From an uncultured Verrucomicrobiae bacterium (GTDB lineage: Bacteria > Verrucomicrobiota > Verrucomicrobiia > Chthoniobacterales > UBA10450), in NCBI GenBank assembly GCA_963756875.1, contig CAVWPA010000001.1:32001-96000 (forward strand): a DNA stretch of 64,000 nt. The letters run 5' to 3'. The notes under the pieces were generated by a model. That model worked only from the letters and a program-made list of their open reading frames with translations. It did not search any database and had not been told where the DNA came from. Both the position numbers and the translations under genes were made by a program. Of this stretch, positions 60,721 through 64,000 are shown one piece after another; position 1 is the first letter of the stretch, and every line of letters starts with the position of its first letter.

Positions 60721-61881
60721 CTAGGCGGCCCGGCGCACGACCAGCGCCGCGACATCGTCCGGCAGCTTCTCCTTCCCATCGTCCGGCGTTGCCTGGTTCA
60801 ACATAAGCGTCAAAAGCGTTTGGGCGTCCGGCGCAAATGGATTCAGCATTCCGGCAAGTTGTGTCGGCGTAAGCCGGGGACGATCTCCTCTTTCCGCGCC
60901 GAACAAGCCGTCGGTATAAAGAACCAGGGCATCGCCATGGCCAAGCTCGAGGATGGTCTCCGTGAATTCCGAGTGCTCCACCAGGCCCAGCGGCGGCGTG
61001 GAGGACAAGATGGCTTCGGTGCCTCGGCCGAATCGTGTGACCAGGAGCGGGGGATGCCCGGCCCCGGTCACGGCGGCCCGTCCCGTTTTTGGATCGAGCG
61101 CTACGCACATGGCGGTCATAAAGGAACGCCCGGCGAAGATGCTGCCGAAATCATTGTTCACGGCCTGCATAATCGCGGCGGGCGTCTCGTGCTGAATGGC
61201 GCCGTGATGGAAAAGAAGCTTGGAGAGCGCAGTGAGCAATGCCGCTGCGGCGCCATGACCGGTAGCGTCGGCAATCCAGAACAAATAGCGCCCGTCTTTC
61301 ATTGGCAGCCAGCCGTAAATGTCTCCTCCCACCTCCATCACCGGCCGATAACATGAAGCGATTTCCCATCCGGAAATGGTAGGCGGTTTCTGTGGGATGA
61401 GCGATCGCTGGGTCAATCGGGCCGCAGCCAGATCGCGTTCCAGGTTACTTCGCCATTCCTCCAGCTTCCTGTTTTGCTCCTGCAGCTGCATTCGCATGGA
61501 ACGAAGGCGCAGCTGCGTCTCGATCCGCGCGCGCAATACCGCCGGATTGATCGGCTTGATGACGAAATCATCGGCACCTGCCTCCAGGCAAAGCACCTCA
61601 TTCTCACCATGGCCGGTCATGACGATCACCGGGATCTGAGCAATGGCAGGGTTCTGGTCCGCGCGCAGTTGCCTGAGCATCTCCGCGGCGTTGAGCCCCG
61701 GCATTTTGAAGTCGGCCAGAATCAGGGAGGAAGGCTCTCCGCGCACCAGATTTAACGCGTCCTGCCCGTTGCCAAGCTCACGGCAAGTGTAGCCGGCGGA
61801 TGAGAGAGCCCTGGCGAGCAACCTGCGGCTGGTTGCATCATCGTCCACGATCACAAGCTGCGGAACGGCCTCTTCCATCAC
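60721..61881 (-). CDS. Response regulator with PP2C/SpoIIE phosphatase domain
   Basis: Receiver domain then VGGD.Y, ADATGHG, AGHPP, YTDGL, DD. Confidence 0.9.
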   Translation of the reverse strand: MMEEAVPQLVIVDDDATSRRLLARALSSAGYTCRELGNGQDALNLVRGEPSSLILADFKMPGLNAAEMLRQLRADQNPAIAQIPVIVMTGHGENEVLCLEAGADDFVIKPINPAVLRARIETQLRLRSMRMQLQEQNRKLEEWRSNLERDLAAARLTQRSLIPQKPPTISGWEIASCYRPVMEVGGDIYGWLPMKDGRYLFWIADATGHGAAAALLTALSKLLFHHGAIQHETPAAIMQAVNNDFGSIFAGRSFMTAMCVALDPKTGRAAVTGAGHPPLLVTRFGRGTEAILSSTPPLGLVEHSEFTETILELGHGDALVLYTDGLFGAERGDRPRLTPTQLAGMLNPFAPDAQTLLTLMLNQATPDDGKEKLPDDVAALVVRRAA

Positions 61882-62069
61882 GTTTTTCTTTTCATTCGCA
61901 CATGACGCGCCGTTTCATCGTATTTTTGTGCGGCCGCTGATCTGTGTCAGGGCATGCTCTGTAAATTTTTAGGCGAATCATGCCTTGGTGCCGGAATTGG
62001 GGCGAATTAACCATTGTCAGCGCGCTGGCAATGAATTAGAACGCATGTAAATTCGTCGAAGAAGATTTT

Positions 62070-62474
62070 ATGAAATTTTCTCTTTCACTCGCACTGCTCA
62101 CGGCCTTGTTTATTTCGGCATGCACCGATTACGATGAGCCGCCGCCGCGCCAGGCGGCTCATCGCCCAGTCGCCAGATATCCGGCTGAGGGACAATACCC
62201 TGTTACCCAGCAGCCGTTCAATCCAAACGCTGGTCCGCCTCAAAATGCGACGACGACGCCTCCGCCGGAACCGGTTTCACCTACTGCTCCCACGCCACCC
62301 GCGGCCCCTGTAAAGGCCAAGGGCGACTATCCTTACGGGACCCCGGTCCCGGGCAAGCCTGGCTTCGTTAAGAGCCCATTTGCTCCCGATCAGGGCCTGG
62401 TCGATGTCCGCGGTTTTCCGCCGGGGACGGAAGTGAAGGATCCATTCACGGGCAAGATTTTTCTGGTCCCTTAA
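62070..62474 (+). CDS. Lipoprotein with Pro-rich linker and PGKPG...KIF.VP domain
   Basis: Lipobox ISAC; C-terminal domain matches 37966..38439. Confidence 0.78.
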   Translation: MKFSLSLALLTALFISACTDYDEPPPRQAAHRPVARYPAEGQYPVTQQPFNPNAGPPQNATTTPPPEPVSPTAPTPPAAPVKAKGDYPYGTPVPGKPGFVKSPFAPDQGLVDVRGFPPGTEVKDPFTGKIFLVP

Positions 62475-62597
62475 GATTGGATTGCGATTAATTTTGTCCG
62501 ACCATTGCTGGACAAGCCGGTCCCATCTCCGATGGTATGACCACCCGCGCAGAAGGGCGGCGCAATATGTGCCGGGTCTTTGCGACTGGATTGCTTT

Positions 62598-63953
62598 ATG
62601 GAATTGCGCGTAAAACGAGCGCCTCGTATCGAAGCTGAGATCACGGTCCCGGGCGACAAGAGCATTTCGCATCGGGCCGCCATTATTGCCGCCTTATCTA
62701 ATGGGGTATGCACGCTGCACGGATTTCTTCCAAGCGACGATTGCATGCATACGGTCAACGCATTGCGCGCACTGGGAATCCAGATCGAGCAACCCGAGCC
62801 GGACCTGGTCGTTGTTCACGGGAAAAAGCGTGTTCTGACGCCGCCGTCGGCCGAAATCGATTGCGGCAATTCCGCCACCACGATGCGGCTTTTGGCCGGA
62901 TTGCTCGCCGGGCAGACTTTTGAGAGCCGTTTAGTGGGCGGCGCCTCTCTCTCACGGCGGCCGATGGATCGGATCATCGAGCCATTGCGCAAAATGGGCG
63001 CGGATATTGTGGCGGAAGGCCCCGGGCAAACACCGCCGCTTCGTATACGCGGCGGTTCGCTGCGTGGAATTCGATACCACTCACCCATCTGCAGCGCGCA
63101 GGTCAAAAGCGCCGTCCTCCTCGCCGGTCTCTTCGCCAAAGGCAAGACGACCTTCACCGAGCCTTCTCCCAGCCGCAATCACACGGAGCTCATGTTTAAC
63201 TACTTTCTGGTTCGCACGGTGAAGGACGACAACGGCGCAGTCAGCGTTTTCGGCGACCAGGTCCCTGAGTCCCGCGACTTCACCATTCCGGGAGACATTT
63301 CTTCCGCGGCATTTTGGTTGATCGCCGCCGCTGCCCAACGCGGCGGGCACCTTCTGGTGCGCGACATTGGATTGAACGATACGCGCACTGCGTGGCTTGG
63401 CGTTCTGGTGCGAATGGGCGCGCAGGTGCGCGAAGCGGTCGAAGATGTCGACCAAATCGAGCCACGCGGCATTGCGGAGGTGACCGGTGCGCCGCTCAAA
63501 GGCACCGTGATCCAGGGTAAGGAAATCCCGCAGTTGATCGACGAGTTGCCGGTGCTGGCGGTTGCCGGTGCTTTGGCCAACGGGACCACCATTATTCGCC
63601 ATGCGGCGGAATTGCGCGTCAAGGAAACCGATCGGATCGCGGCCATCGCGCACAATCTGCGCGGCATGGGTGCGCAGGTCATTGAGCTCAATGACGGGCT
63701 GGAGATTCATGGGCCGGCGCCGTTGCGCGGCGCCCGCCTGGCCAGTTTCGGCGATCATCGCGTGGCGATGGCTTTTGCCGTGGCCGGCTTGTTTGCCGAA
63801 GGCGAAACCGTCATTCAGGACAGCGATTGCATCCGTGAATCGTATCCGGGATTCGAAAGCATCTTGAACGAATTTATCAATCCGAAACGAATGCGCACGA
63901 GCACGCCTGTCATCGGATCGCTTGTGCCTGCAGCTCCCGCCGAAGGGGAGTAG
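62598..63953 (+). CDS. aroA: 3-phosphoshikimate 1-carboxyvinyltransferase
   Basis: PGDKSISHR, CGNSATTMRL, RRPM, SAQVKSA, RNHTE, ELRVKETDRI, DHRVAM. Confidence 0.96.
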   Translation: MELRVKRAPRIEAEITVPGDKSISHRAAIIAALSNGVCTLHGFLPSDDCMHTVNALRALGIQIEQPEPDLVVVHGKKRVLTPPSAEIDCGNSATTMRLLAGLLAGQTFESRLVGGASLSRRPMDRIIEPLRKMGADIVAEGPGQTPPLRIRGGSLRGIRYHSPICSAQVKSAVLLAGLFAKGKTTFTEPSPSRNHTELMFNYFLVRTVKDDNGAVSVFGDQVPESRDFTIPGDISSAAFWLIAAAAQRGGHLLVRDIGLNDTRTAWLGVLVRMGAQVREAVEDVDQIEPRGIAEVTGAPLKGTVIQGKEIPQLIDELPVLAVAGALANGTTIIRHAAELRVKETDRIAAIAHNLRGMGAQVIELNDGLEIHGPAPLRGARLASFGDHRVAMAFAVAGLFAEGETVIQDSDCIRESYPGFESILNEFINPKRMRTSTPVIGSLVPAAPAEGE

Positions 63954-64000
63954 GACGCGAGCAGCGCCATCTCGCTTGCTTTCCACGCCGTCGCTGTGGA

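Overview
A GC-rich bacterial chromosome segment made mostly of housekeeping genes (pepF, hpt, pyk, mutS, rplM/rpsI, proS, frr/pyrH, fmt, adk, rplU/rpmA, putA, panC, nadB, aroA). Gene content suggests a PVC-superphylum organism, most likely Verrucomicrobia; assignment to soil Chthoniobacterales is inference. The clues are a 51-aa PVC signature small basic protein missing from the ORF track, a stand-alone SWIB protein and an archaeal/eukaryotic-type ProRS. I found no tRNA, rRNA, CRISPR array, transposase or integrase. The main unexplained structure is a dense, diverse set of short palindromic repeats: GTAG- and GGAG-type REP-like doublets, 7- and 8-nt periodic inverted repeats, an 18-bp mini-hairpin and a ~30-bp module. 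They nest inside one another and their ends coincide with stop codons and -10-like hexamers. They also sit in frame inside mutS, an LpxL-WaaF fusion and a sulfotransferase-like gene. Other points of interest: a zinc-peptidase/ATP-grasp ligase pair preceded by a diverged duplicate of the peptidase's first 12 codons, two pairs of paralogous small unknown proteins, a candidate structured RNA, and three +1 frameshifts that are probably sequencing errors. All annotation is by eye, with no database searches.
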